A stretch of 34,923 bases of DNA from Catajapyx aquilonaris (taxonomy: Eukaryota): contig JYFJ02004072.1 in the NCBI GenBank assembly GCA_000934665.2, positions 1 to 34,923 of the forward strand, given 5' to 3'. Numbering within the stretch: the stretch's first letter is position 1; each line of letters starts with the position of its first letter. The notes beneath the pieces are model-generated. The model worked only from the letters and a program-made list of their open reading frames with translations. It did not search any database and was not told where the DNA came from. Below are positions 1 through 11,810 of this stretch, piece by piece. The position numbers and the translations under genes are program-made.

Positions 1-267
1 TGAACACACTACTAGTGTGTTCAGTACCCGCAAGGCTAAAAACCCGTTCAACCAGGTTCAAACCACTGCCCTCTTACCTTGACTCTTGCCAGCCCGCCCG
101 ACTCGATTCAAAACAGATAGGACGTGACGTCACGCCGTAGACAGTAATAAATAAATTGATTGCTGCCGTATTTCTAATTGTTTTATAAAACCGACCGGGG
201 TTGTCGCCACCTACGATTTTTCCCCACCCCCTCGCACTCGCATGACCCGTGACTCTGATACACCCTG
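1..267. mobile_element. Probable right part of a Tc1/mariner-type non-autonomous element (MITE), truncated by the window start
   Basis: Ends in ...CTGATACACCCTG followed by TA (268-269), the reverse complement of a TA-CAGGGTG terminus typical of Tc1/mariner elements. It has internal palindromes at 1-23 (TGAACACACTA-C-TAGTGTGTTCA) and 123-134 (CGTGACGTCACG). The partner TIR is not in the window, so the left extent is uncertain. Confidence 0.45.
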
Positions 268-1556
268 TATTGTATTCTCTAACGTGTACGTTTTATGGAA
301 CAGGTGGAGTATTTTCTTTCAGCATTATCATGTTGATAAACAACAGCTTGGTCATATGAAAGGTACTGTACTGTACATAATATGGAAACGTGGAAAACAC
401 GACGAAAGTTTTTTTCTTCCAGAGTTTGTTAAATATTTTGAAAAAATGCCACCATGCAAGTATACAGCCCTGACTGTAATGGTTATGAAGATAATATAGT
501 ATACCCTTCATAAGTTTACGCCCGGAAGTTTATGACTCTCCTTATGGATACAGGGGCAAGTGTTGCTCTACACCACACTCCAATAAAAATCTACTGTCAG
601 AGGTACCGGTGTGAGGCTGTGGGAGCTTCATATAATTATAGTCTTGTAAAGAGATTTTTTTAAACCATTTTACGCGGTGTAGGTGTTATAGCGTTAGAAT
701 CTGCATTACATTATACCTGCAAATGAAAGTTTAAACAGATGCGAATAATAGCGACTTTCTGTGTGGTTTGGTAATTGTTTGCAAACCACAAGCCTCCGCA
801 ACCTAGGCCCTATTTTTGCTCGGAATATTTACTGGGGCGTCATGTAGCCAGTGGCTTAGCTTATGTGCAAGCAGCGTAACTGTTGCAATGGGACCAACTG
901 GCCGAGGGGGTACTTACAAAATGTAAAACAAAATTAGCACGGACTTTTAGATTCCATTTTGCATTCCGGAGCGATTCTTGATGCTGTTTACATTTTTTTA
1001 AAAGTAGAGTCTGCTATATAGTCCTACACGTCATGTTTATACCTACTCGTAGTGGCAAAATTTCGCATTGTACTTACCACTAATTTCTTATTTTGCATAA
1101 TACTCTGAAGTTATTTTGATTCTCAAGCTTCTCTTTAATCATATAAATATATTGACGGATCTATTGTAAAAATAACGCATTCAGATGATAAACCTGGTCA
1201 GGTTATGAAGCTCAGTTGTTAGCAAAAATGCTATTTACTGCTGATGGAAAGTAATATAGATGGTAAATGTAACTTAGAAATATGCACAGTTGGTGACTCT
1301 GTTGGGTCATATCAATCTTGGAGCAATGACTTTACTTGCTTTTACTTGACATCCATGCAGACTTTCAAAAGGGAGTAAAAACACTTTGTTATACTAGGTA
1401 CACATTTCCCTGCTTTTTGTAGACTTCAAATCGATTTGTGTGCTCTTGTATACGGGGAAAAAACTCCGGAGAGAGTTCATTCCTAAGATACCTCCACGGT
1501 CTTAGAAGAATAGGTAGGGACACTCTCCGCCATCTTGCGTGCCGTTAGCCCTTCCC

Positions 1557-2157
1557 GCATTGGCGCTAGTACAGTATACCTGCAATGGAATCACGCTTGT
1601 GGAACTCATCGCTGCAGCCAGCCCACGGACACTACCCCTATCTTCTGGGCTTATCACCTGCCGAGGGGTTTTGCAGCGGTGGTCACCTGAGACCGCCACG
1701 AGACATTTCCCAGAGCATTTATGTGGCGACCCTACCGGACTAAGGCTGAACTTTATAGGTACGAAAGGGGAGGGCTACATTGGGGGGCCCAACATGGCCG
1801 CCGGCGGCCATGTTGGGCGAGCATGTAGCCCTCCCCTTTCGTACCTATAAAGTTCAGCCTTAGTCCGGTAGGGTCGCCACATAAATGCTCTGGGAAATGT
1901 CTCGTGGCGGTCTCAGGTGAGCACCTACTGCAAAACCCCTCGGCAGGGGGTGGGTGGGGAGTGACCTAACCTGAGTCTTCTACAACCATGGCTGCAGCTA
2001 TAGCGACTAGCGACCCTGACGGTACAACTATGCATTATCAACTAGCTCTCGATAGCGATACACCAAGATGCATAGTTGTACTGTCAGGATCGCTAGTCGC
2101 TATGGCTACAGCGAGTTCCACAGCGTGATTCCACTGCAGATATACTAGCGCCAAAGC
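1557..2157. mobile_element. Older foldback/MITE-like element whose left arm is interrupted by the 1619-1986 insertion
   Basis: Joining 1560-1618 (TTGGCGCTAGT...GGAATCACGCTTGTGGAACTC...GCTGCAGC) to 1999-2035 (TATAGCGACTAGCGACCCTGACGGTACAACTATGCAT) gives the imperfect reverse complement of 2068-2154 (ATGCATAGTTGTACTGTCAGGATCGCTAGTCGCTATGGCTACAGCGAGTTCCACAGCGTGATTCC...ACTAGCGCCAA). No clear TSD. Confidence 0.8.
1619..1986 (+). mobile_element. Short non-autonomous element with a ~290-bp internal palindrome (copy 1, full length)
   Basis: The palindrome spans 1657-1947: perfect IRs 1657-1676/1928-1947 (20 bp) and 1683-1780/1823-1920 (98 bp), plus a spacer-less 32-bp centre at 1787-1818. About 40 bp of unique sequence lies on each side. 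It is flanked by CATCGCTGCAGC (1607-1618) and CATGGCTGCAGC (1987-1998). A second copy is at 11811-12057. Strand is arbitrary. Confidence 0.9.
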
Positions 2158-3699
2158 TTTTTCTACTGGCCTGGGATATAAGTGTCCGGGGGCTAGATAC
2201 CTCTAACAACCTTCAAACATGCGCCGGATGCGCGACAAAAGATGAAGAACAAATAAACGTGTTTTAGGTCAGTTGTACCGTGATTTTTGGACACATTTTT
2301 GCCCAGTAACAAGTTGAGTTATAAAGTATTGAGTGAGATTAACAAGAACTAGCTTATCTCTATCTGAATATGGTTTTCTACAGAAACAGTGCTCTGGCCG
2401 TATATTTAATACGGACTAGACACTATAGAAAGGTTAACTAAATCATTATAAGTACTGTAGATTGAGAAGTAGCCTGACTGAATAATTTACTATCGTGGGT
2501 TTTTACTATTTCAAGACTACAAGAGATAAGTAAAATAGTATGCCTATATATTATAATAATTATATTTAATTCAGAACTTTAAGGCGTGGAATTCTAATGA
2601 AGAACGTACACCTTGGGATTTACATACTCTCAGGTGTATTACAGTAGCTAACAGTAGTTTTCAACTGCCTCTCAGTATTACAATTATCGACTCGACGCAG
2701 GTGAAAACGCATTTGAAACTTCCGCTTGTTAGTTACTAGAGAGTGATGGATGTCAACATTATTTGGACAGGAAAAGCATCATTATTTTGAAGAGCGTTCT
2801 TTTAATCCACTTAGGTTTATATCACTGTGAGCTTAATACTGAAGAGACTCTCTAGACATAGTCTATAATGACATTATTGTAGCCCGTGGCAAAAAAATGT
2901 TAAGGAAAAATTGCCCCACCATGTCTTGAACCTGATGAGAAAAGTTTATTTTGATTTTGTGCTGGAAAAGCCCTCTCCTATATTTTTTACTTCGGCGAAT
3001 AAAAAAATTTAATAACCCGCATGATGTGCACAAGCAAACTGCTTTTCATTTACGAGAATCATGATGAGAATATGTAGGTGATATACTTCCCCATGCCGCA
3101 ATTTCATCACGACGGTTACCTTGGAAATTTTATGGAATACGTTAATCCTAAATTTGAAAGCAAATTATAGTTTCTTGGCCCATTTCCTGGAAAATTATAA
3201 CGATATAGTTTGTATCCGGTCCACCCAGCCTCAAGAAGCATTACCCGTGTTCCAGAACATCTTCTGAGCTTCGGGCCGGCCTGTATTCCGCGGAAATTTT
3301 CAATTTATAAGGGCCATAAAGCAATATTTAGTGACGCCCATTCTAGACAGTAAACACATGGAGCCATAACTTTACGGGTAGTCCATCTTCGGAAAGGTAT
3401 TCTCACTTATAAGCCTGGGGGCTCGCTTCACAACTTTATTTTTTTATAGGTGTGCAGGTATACTGCTTTGTACAATAGGCTATCTCTAAAGCTGTGCTGA
3501 GAAGTGAGGTGGGGGTTTAGTGTGCCGAGAGAATTGAGAAAAGGCTGAATGAAGGGTCGTAAAATTTGCAACATCTATGCGGGACTATAGGAGGAAAAAA
3601 TATGGGCAGAGTTTGATAATAAAAAGTGTTTCGCCATGACACGAATTTTTTGTCATTCATGGTCATAACACCGGGTTTTCAGTAGAGTTCTGGCGTATT

Positions 3700-4416
3700 A
3701 GCTATCCGTCGAGAACTTTTTTGGGAGGCCCTAACTTATATCATGGATAGCGAAAGGAGTTTGTAAATCCATGTTCTTGCCGTAAGGTGTGGGCATACAT
3801 TCTGCTCCGAACATCAAAGCTTTGAATACGATCATTGTGAAAAGTTGGACTAACTGTTTTCCTTTGAAGTTGCAATGCCATGGCTCGGTGTTATGCGACC
3901 ATTTGGAAAGAAAGCGACTTATTTAGCAAGTCCATGTCCGGTAGCGAAAACAAGAGCTCTTCCATTGTGCGAAAGGTTAATATTCAGCACCGTATAAATC
4001 ACAGGTATCACTTGAATGGGTTTGTTGAAAATCGAATGCCTTTATCAGGCTTTGAAATACCATTTAGGGAGAGGCCGCCGCAGCCCTAAGGGCTAATGGA
4101 AACCACAAAAGAGGAGCTTTGACCAAAAGCTTTATGCCAGAAATTTACAAGGCCGTATAACCTGCAGAAAAGTGCATTGTCCAATGTGGTTGCTAAAACT
4201 GTGATCTTTTCTATAAAGTCATTGTCACTAGGAGCATCTCCATCACGGCCCTGGTTAACCTCTTTTCAGGTAATCTGCAATAAGAGGCAGCTGTGTAGAA
4301 ATAGGGTCTATTCACCACCGCGGCTTTGTTATTTTCCGCAGTAGTATTAATTAGTGCAGAATTGGGCCTGGAATTGCTGGAAGGGTTTTAGGTCTGTGGG
4401 TCCCTCCTTTAGGAGG
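3700..4416 (-). pseudogene. Highly decayed, internally deleted non-LTR retrotransposon (LINE) reverse-transcriptase fragment
   Basis: Manual minus-strand translation with frameshifts gives motifs in the expected order: LLKEG..NPSSNSRPNSALINT..VVNR (cf. ILKPGK..PSNYRPISLLN), VNQG (cf. GVPQG), ALF/AGYTAL (cf. LFADDTAL), GFH (cf. GFKFS), TWT and FKAL. There are many stops, and the boundaries are approximate. Confidence 0.55.
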
Positions 4417-5589
4417 TTAGTTATTGACTTTTGTTGGGGAATGCAACATTCTTTTGACTATTGTGAGAAATATTGCTAGGGGAGTAGACTCTATATTATA
4501 TTTTTCGGGACTACGTGCCCTATTGTATGTGTGGGTGCATATTTGTAGTGAATTGTACAGAGTGTGGTGTATGCCTAATGAGATACAACAGAATGAAAAA
4601 TTCGGTTTATCTTGGCTGTTAGTTTTACACGTTAAAGTTGCAAAGATATTACTGGAAAAGCATTTCCATATTAGTACTTTGTCATACTTGCTCTTAACAT
4701 TTTAAAAATATAAATTATGCAAATCACAAATGCATGTTTAGAATATAGTTATGACACTCGTTAAAAATTATGCACATTTACTTACTGTTTCCACAAAGAT
4801 ACAGCATTACATTATACACAGCATAAATTAGTTATGAAGTGTTATGAAATACAGTGCCAGTTTGATGACCTCTTACTAGGTAATTCACGGATATTTATTC
4901 CACACATCCGTGAAAGGAGAGCACTGATGAAGAGATTTCGAGTTGTTTCGGACCATCTCAAATCAACAGATCTTTTCTATTTTCCCTGGGTAGAGAAGGG
5001 AGTTCAAATCTGTCCGGACACGTCGGTAAAAAAAATCGAGAAATGACCCGACCAAGCGAAGGTGACTTGACCTCGGACGTCTCGCTTGGCTAGAGCCAGT
5101 AATATACTCTGTCCTCTGATAAGTTTATGGCCTTCTTAATTTAAAAAACATAAACAGAAAGTTTCAGTAATCAATATTTACGAATACTTTTCGCTTGCAC
5201 ACCTGGAAACTTTCTAAAGTATCAAAGATTCTGTTTTACGAACCCCCTTCCGTTGTCTTCTCATCCTGGAAGTTAGATAACCGATGTGCCTCTCTTGACT
5301 CACACTACTGACGCCTTGCAAGGGGAACTATTATCCATTTTCATGATGAAAATACTAGAATATTACAGTAGTGCTAGTGTACTCAATACGCACCTGAATA
5401 CACATCAGAATACGGGAAGCGAGTTTTCCACATAAATGTTGTACTATGTTTGATCTCTGGGCCTGATATTATATTGCTGTAGGCTGTTTTAATAAAGGTC
5501 AGATCTAATTGATCACGTGAAAAAGTAAATTAACTCGATATTAATTTTATCTGGCAAAAAGGTTAAGCGAGTTTTCGTGCCTGTGTCTA

Positions 5590-5800
5590 CCTTAGCCTTT
5601 GGCTCCCTTAGGGGAGGGGTGGATTACCACCATTGGATGGGACCAGGGATAGGAAAGGAAGGAGGCGGTTGTGGCCTATTTTTACGGAAACTGCCCCGGA
5701 ATTGTCCTGGGGGGGGGGGGNNNGGGGGGGAGACCATGGAAAACCACAGAAAACCATAGTCAGGGTCGCTGGCCCCGGGAGTTTTTGGTGTATTGCGAAC
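5590..5800 (-). mobile_element. SINE fragment of a type I recall from polyneopteran insects, containing a poly-G run with an NNN gap
   Basis: The + strand reads GGAAGGAGGCGGTTGTGGCCTATTTT...ACTGCCCCGGAATTGTCCTGG...GGAAAACCACAGAAAACCATAGTCAGGG, which resembles the reverse complement of a widespread cricket/cockroach/termite SINE body (from memory). The tRNA-like head is not clearly preserved. Confidence 0.65.
5709..5730. other. Poly-G tract with assembly gap (NNN at 5721-5723)
   Basis: Directly visible G12-NNN-G7; the true length is unknown. Confidence 0.95.
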
Positions 5801-7087
5801 CAGTAGAGGTCAAAATTTTGCATTTTATGGAGTTGTGCTTATAGCTCTGCAAATATGATTTACAGTATCCGGTATAGTATAACCTTTCTTAGTTCACCAC
5901 GACACATTGTATCCTACACGCACTATTTTGCGCTTTATGGCCAGGTAGCCAGATAATAGTAATTTTTCATAAAATGTAATATACAGTAGATATATAATCT
6001 AGCAGGTAAAGGTTATTAATGAGTACAAAGAGTCTGCCGTTAATTTGAAAAAATTACTGATTTCAGCCTGAAAGCGCAACAATTATGAGGCCCAAACAAA
6101 AATTAAAAGCACATTATGCTACGCCAAACTAAGTGGAAGAGTCAACTTCGTTAATGACTCATTTCTGCAAACAAAAGAACGCAATTCCAATTTGAATTGG
6201 GTGGAACGAAGTTTTTTTTTCCAGGCCAGATATTTTATTGTATGACTCTCGCACTTCTTAAATCCGGCTTTGCCCGAAGATCCAAAGATATCGTGCTAAC
6301 GGCGGAGTTCTGGACGTAATTGAGCCGCTGGATGAAATGCCCGGATTTAAGGCATTTTAATTAACCTACAGAAAGACACCTGCAGCAATTTCCCGGCGGG
6401 ATATTAAGGGACCATGCCGCGGAATACTGGGACTGATTAAAAGATTCGGGGGGCTCTAACTCCGGGAAATAGATGCTCGAAAACCTTGGGAAACTGCAAT
6501 GTAGCACAAGCCTTTCGTCACATTTTAGTTCCAGGACTGTTGAAAGTATTTAGTACCCGAAAGTGTAGTAAATCAATTCAGGGGGAACTAGGTTGGGTGC
6601 TTTGGGATCAATACAGGTTTCCAAGTTTTCACTTTCGTCAGTTGGGCCAAAGTGCCGAAATTATCCTGAGCAAAGGAGGCTCGGATACTTGGTCGAAGCT
6701 CTTCTCTAATAGTACGATAGTTTTCTCATAATTTCTGCGGGGGGATACTCAGTCCTGTGTTGTGGCCGAACGACCTGGTTGGCTGCCTGGTTGGGTGTGG
6801 ACGTGAATGAATAACAGAGAAGTGTGGCGTGTTCCAGCGGGAAGTCCCTCTGAGAAATCACAAAGTTGCGGAAAAGTGAGAGGAGACTGGGGAAAGGGGT
6901 GGGAAAAAAATCGGTGTGCCAACTTTTTGCACAAGTTTATGGCTTTTTGTGGGACGTTTTTACATAATTTTATGCGGCACTCGTTATATCGACAGCTACT
7001 CCGTGGGGAAATGCGGGAAGAAAAGTGAGAGAGGAGAGAGTCTTATTTGAGTTGATAAATACAATAAAAACTTTTTGATATGTCGAG

Positions 7088-7330
7088 TTATGGGTTTATA
7101 GGTGCCTGCGATTTACCATGTAAAGTTGCCTTGAGACAAAAGCATAAACCTGACAAACCTGTACTGTGTGTTTTATAATAATTCAAACTTCCAGAATTGA
7201 AGAGTTGTCGTATGGACCTTGCATAGTTATTAGTTGAGTCATGTCTTAGTTGCGTATTGTTAAAAAGATTCAGTGAAGCAAACTTACGGGCAATAATATT
7301 CTGGGTACGCAATGCAGACAATTTTCCCTT
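7088..7330 (-). pseudogene. Decayed 3' end of a Jockey-like LINE ORF2
   Basis: ORF 7088..7450(-) contains KLSALRTQNIIARKFASLNLFNNTQLRHDS...SIRQLFNSGSLNYY, which resembles the Jockey-clade C-terminal pattern LQxxQNxxLRxIxxAPWFVRNxxLHxDL...I...FY. Confidence 0.45.
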
Positions 7331-10300
7331 GTTAATATCCCCTCCTGTAAATGCAGAGGAGTCGACTTTTCTCCAAATGTAGAGCAGCAAAATCTCTTCT
7401 CTGGCGTACCTTAATTCCGAGACTTCTTCAGTCTTAGCAGACATTGGCATGCGGTAGGAATTCCGGAATTATTCTCCGCCTCCTTTTCGATTCTATTCCT
7501 TTGCCTCGAACCATGGTATAATGAACGAAGGAATGCAGTTGCACTCTCGAGTTTGATGGTAATATTCCCCCAATATTGATTCGGTCACGGGACAGAAAGT
7601 CGTCAACGTGTCTGAGGAACGTTGTTGTGCAGATAATTCCCAGGCGACATTACCAGCTGGGTGTTTATTTTGTACGGCAAGTTGAATTATCTCGACACTC
7701 CTTGCGAAACTAGTCCTTTGTCCTTTTCAGACCAGAGTTTATGGGATTTTAAGGTCAGAGCCGTTAGAATGAAGCGTAACAAATTTTCCTTGTCACGAAA
7801 GATGTTGCATGTGTGTGGATGGTGCATACGTGCGGCGGATGCAGTCAGATTGCTGTTAAATTGCCCCGGCTCTAGCCACGAACCTATAAATTTTATCCAG
7901 CTTTTCTTTCGTGAAACTAATCGGCGGGCAAGAGGCGAATCTGTTCCATTCTAATTATTCGGCTATTAATTCCACGCCTGTTTGCCAAAGGAAAACACGT
8001 CAACACCCCGTGGATTTCCTTTTCGATAAACTAACAAATCAGCGTCTGAGTAAAGGTTCAACGTCTCTTGACTTGTGAGAATTACAAAGTGGGTCCCGAG
8101 ACCGACTCGGCCCCTTTTTTATTGGAGGTTTCGGGACTCATTTTATAGATTTTTTTGGACGACTTGAAGTTTTTTTGGGGGAGCTATGCGCAATGAAATA
8201 ACTGGTTCCGTTTTCTCCGAACTTTGCAAGCGTGATCTCATTCCCAGGCGCCTGGAGATGAGGGCTGACGTGCGATCAAGCGAAACAACCCAAGTTGTCA
8301 CCTTTCATTCTGACTTGGTTTTCTAGCGCCAACTTTCTCACCTTAGCGGAGCGGAAATTTAATAACATGCGTAGGCCATCAAGGCTTGCTTCATGTTCAT
8401 GCATGACTTTCCTATTGTGAATACTCTGCAGTCGAACATTATTCCTTCCTGATTTATAGAGAGCTTACTTGGCAAGAAATTCGGGAGCTGGCGCGCAAAC
8501 AAGGTGTATTGTAAGCTTACGTGGCTCTGCGTCTAACAGTGCAGGTGTAAAGCATGCCGTTGTTACAGAAACGCAGTGCCGCCTGGGTAGTTTCATAAGT
8601 ATGATATTGCATTATTAAAGTTGGTGTAAAAGTAAATTTGCAAGTTTCTCTAACTGCAGTTGTAATCATATCTTAAGTATACAGACGGAGCCAAGTAAGT
8701 TGCATAATACCGAGTAACTTCTCAGAAAGTTGATAGCTTGATCTGGACAGGGTGAGTCAGAATTCCATATCCATCTTCTATCCGGGAACTCGTTGACTTA
8801 ATATGAGTCTAAAATGTAGAGGAGAGGAACGTCAAAAACGCAACCAGAAATATCATAATCAACGATATTCTTGTGACGTAATTTGTGCATATGTTTCAGG
8901 ATGAATAGCGCGTTTGTAGAACAAGCAATGAACAATCATTTGTATTGTTCTTGATGTTGTTTTTGTGTGGTCATTTCCATACAGATACAGTATGTTCACG
9001 GAGGCAAAGAGTTGCAGTATTGGCTCAGAAGAGGTGTAACATAAATTTTACTTCTTGTATGAGCTCGCGTTTTTGAATTGAAGGCAATTCGTTATAACGA
9101 TCGCATAAAATATGAAGAGATAGGGGTTAAGAAAGTGATGGATCAGATTGGACAGATGTCACCAAATCGTATACTTAGCTCAAAATAACCGGCTTCGCTA
9201 CATAATTTCCGAATGGTTGCCGCCCAGCCACCTGCCACTAAAATAGGTTCAAACATTTAAGCTTTATGGAACGTCATAAAACGCTCCGTTCGTCGTTACT
9301 TCCTCTCGGCCTCTCAAGATGCACAATATAGCCCGGAATGAAAAGTCCCCATGCTCGACTTTTGAATGTGCCACCAATTCTAAATAATCTCTAGCGTGCA
9401 AGGACTTCCCATAAAATGCAACCCACACTTGGAGTATTTTGAGCTTCAGTGGCTACTAAAATATGAATGCAAATGGTAAATTGAGGTGATCTTAAAATTA
9501 TTGCACGAACGACTATTCTTGAGTCGCAGGGGGGAATCCTTGACCCTGCCCTTTGCATGCAATGGGTTATGGCCCAGGTCTTTCTTCACCACCTCTCGAC
9601 ATCAACCAGTTTTCCATATTCTTCGCTCTCTGAAGGGCATGCGATGTCACATGCACTGCACAATTTATAGGAGGCTGTAAACTGGAGAGTGTTCACATAA
9701 ATTACTTACCGTTTATCATAGCCCGCTGCAAAATGGAGCTGCTCAATTCCTTTCATAAATTTGTGTAGTCATCTACCTGCCCAGGTAGACGAACTTGGTC
9801 GTAATAAATGCAAAAGGGTCTGAATGGAGTACATGGAGGAAAGCTGGGAGCAGATTGTGTGTGAAACAAGGGCAGAGGCCGTGCCTTTGACCGAGAAGGG
9901 CTCCCTCGAGAGTCAGTCCATCTCCGAATGTCGATGACTTTGTGACAGAACATTTTCCGCGGGCGTTTTGTGCCGGTCCCACCCCCGTCCTTTTAGACCG
10001 CAGTCCCAACGGGGCCTAACCCAACCCGAAGTTTCTTTTCCAAAAAGCCGCACCTTGAATTCTGAGGGTGGTGAGACTCTAGAGGGATGACGATGCAGCC
10101 AGGAGGCTGTGTGTTTGAGAAAAGCGGACAATTTTTTCCCCTCTTCCTCTTTCCCAGCGGTGTGCGGTGGAGATGAAGGGATGGGAGTCAACATGGGCAT
10201 TCTGGAATGCACCGCAAATTCTGGTGCTATGCGGCTTCCAGTTCGAGGGGTATCGGAGGATCCAGGTCGGACATCAAGGGTGTTGCTCTACTTGTTCGCA

Positions 10301-11089
10301 GGCGTGCTTGCGGAGACCTGAAAAGTTATTCCGCTAGGTTGATTGCACTTGCCGAGGTTTCAGCCTGCAACCATCCGTAAATATGGCGGGGCTTGCAAAA
10401 GTATATGTGGGCCGGCTGATGTTACGTGGGCTGGGTATTGTTTGCAGTGTTTACGTCCTATCCAGCCCAAAGGGATGTTGTACGATTGTTGTTGTTTTTC
10501 TTTGAAAGAGGAAGAGGACTGGTGGGAGCTTTCCCGTAACTGCAGAATAACAAACAATGGTTATGTAAAAAAAATCAGTTGAAATTATGCTGTTTTCAGA
10601 ATGTGGAGTAATAAAAGAAAAGGAAGAAGTAATTTGTCAGTATATATCCCATCGCAGCATAATGTTTGTGTTGTTTACAGTTTGTGCGTCGTTTCACTAT
10701 ATCCGCGAAGGAAAATATCTTGCCCACAAAATATATTGAAAACAAAGGATAATTTTTCTTCCTCCTCTGAAATGCTCACTACGCTAGATGATATTCTAAT
10801 ATATTAGCCTATGTAAAAAATGCATTGAGTGCTGACACGATGTGTAATGCCAGAATATCATTTTATAATACATTTTGGACATACAATACCTTACATTTTA
10901 AACACATCACACTTGTTATTTCAACAATACGATTCTTAATACTTCTTGTTGGTCAGTCGACTGATGAGTAATGAATAGCGTTGATTACGTTAAGCAGCAT
11001 ATATGATATCAGAAGTATGCAATTATGGTATTCCATAGAGAAGTACAAATAATGGAAATGACTCTTCCCACTATTGATTATACAGGCTA

Positions 11090-11650
11090 GTCGAAAACAA
11101 ACAGCGAGCACTCAGGGCGATTCTGGATGCGGCAGCGGGTCTTTTGTACGTAGTCCAAGGAGACGTACCGATTAAGTGGGGACGGCGTAATACCAATTAA
11201 CGCGCTGACAATGGTGCAATAATGCGTGCACCTCCCCAAAAAACACAGGCTTCTGGTGAGTGGTGTGGCTGCAATTATCCCGGTTCCCTGACTGGAGGCG
11301 TTGTAAATGGCCAAAGGATCCGAGGACCCGTGATAAATGCAATGCCCTCTGGAGAGGACAGCTACACACTTGTGACCGAATTAAGAAGTTAGGCAGAGGG
11401 AGGAGGCCGGGAGACAGTGCAGTAGGTCTCGGCCGAAAGGTATACCAGAGCTGGGAAGAGAAGGCGTTCTGGGAAGGCAAGATTTCATTTGGGCGAAAAG
11501 GACTTTAAGAACTTGATCCCGGAAGCTCTCCGTTGGAAATGAAACGTCAGGATCCGTTCCGCCTTCATTATTCTCCAGAATGGCAGGATTAGCCAGCCTG
11601 CGTGCTAAGCACAAACGGAGGAGTCGGTGTATTCCAAACTGATGATGCAC
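11090..11650 (-). pseudogene. Possible decayed I-group LINE fragment (region downstream of RT)
   Basis: GC-richer block. Minus-strand frames give GIKFLKSFS and LLPLPNFLIRSQVCSC (cf. LNILKVLS...LLRLYRALIRSKLDYGC). Similarity is weak and frameshifted. Confidence 0.3.
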
Positions 11651-11810
11651 GGACTACCACCTACCTATAGGGTGCTCACACTTGTGACAGATTGCTCAGC
11701 AGGCTGTCAAAATGCTTATTGGCAATCAGTGCATACCCAGACCACTCTCATAACAAAAGTACCCCATCGTTTTATCTTAATGCAAACACTGTCCTAAAAT
11801 CCAGTCCATG

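Noticed and set aside
1539..1850. 103-aa ORF (and ORFs 11692..11937 and 11947..12240 sharing peptides such as LPRDYAPGA)
   Set aside because: These are by-products of the GC-rich palindromic element. Frames are not conserved between copies and no domain is recognisable.
8096..8120. Hairpin followed by a T-run resembling a rho-independent terminator
   Set aside because: The context is eukaryotic and intronic, and the stem is only 5 bp.
10955..10985. CTGATGA hammerhead-like core (also at 2932, 4924 and 19973)
   Set aside because: No stem II plus GAAA and no closing stems in the required arrangement.
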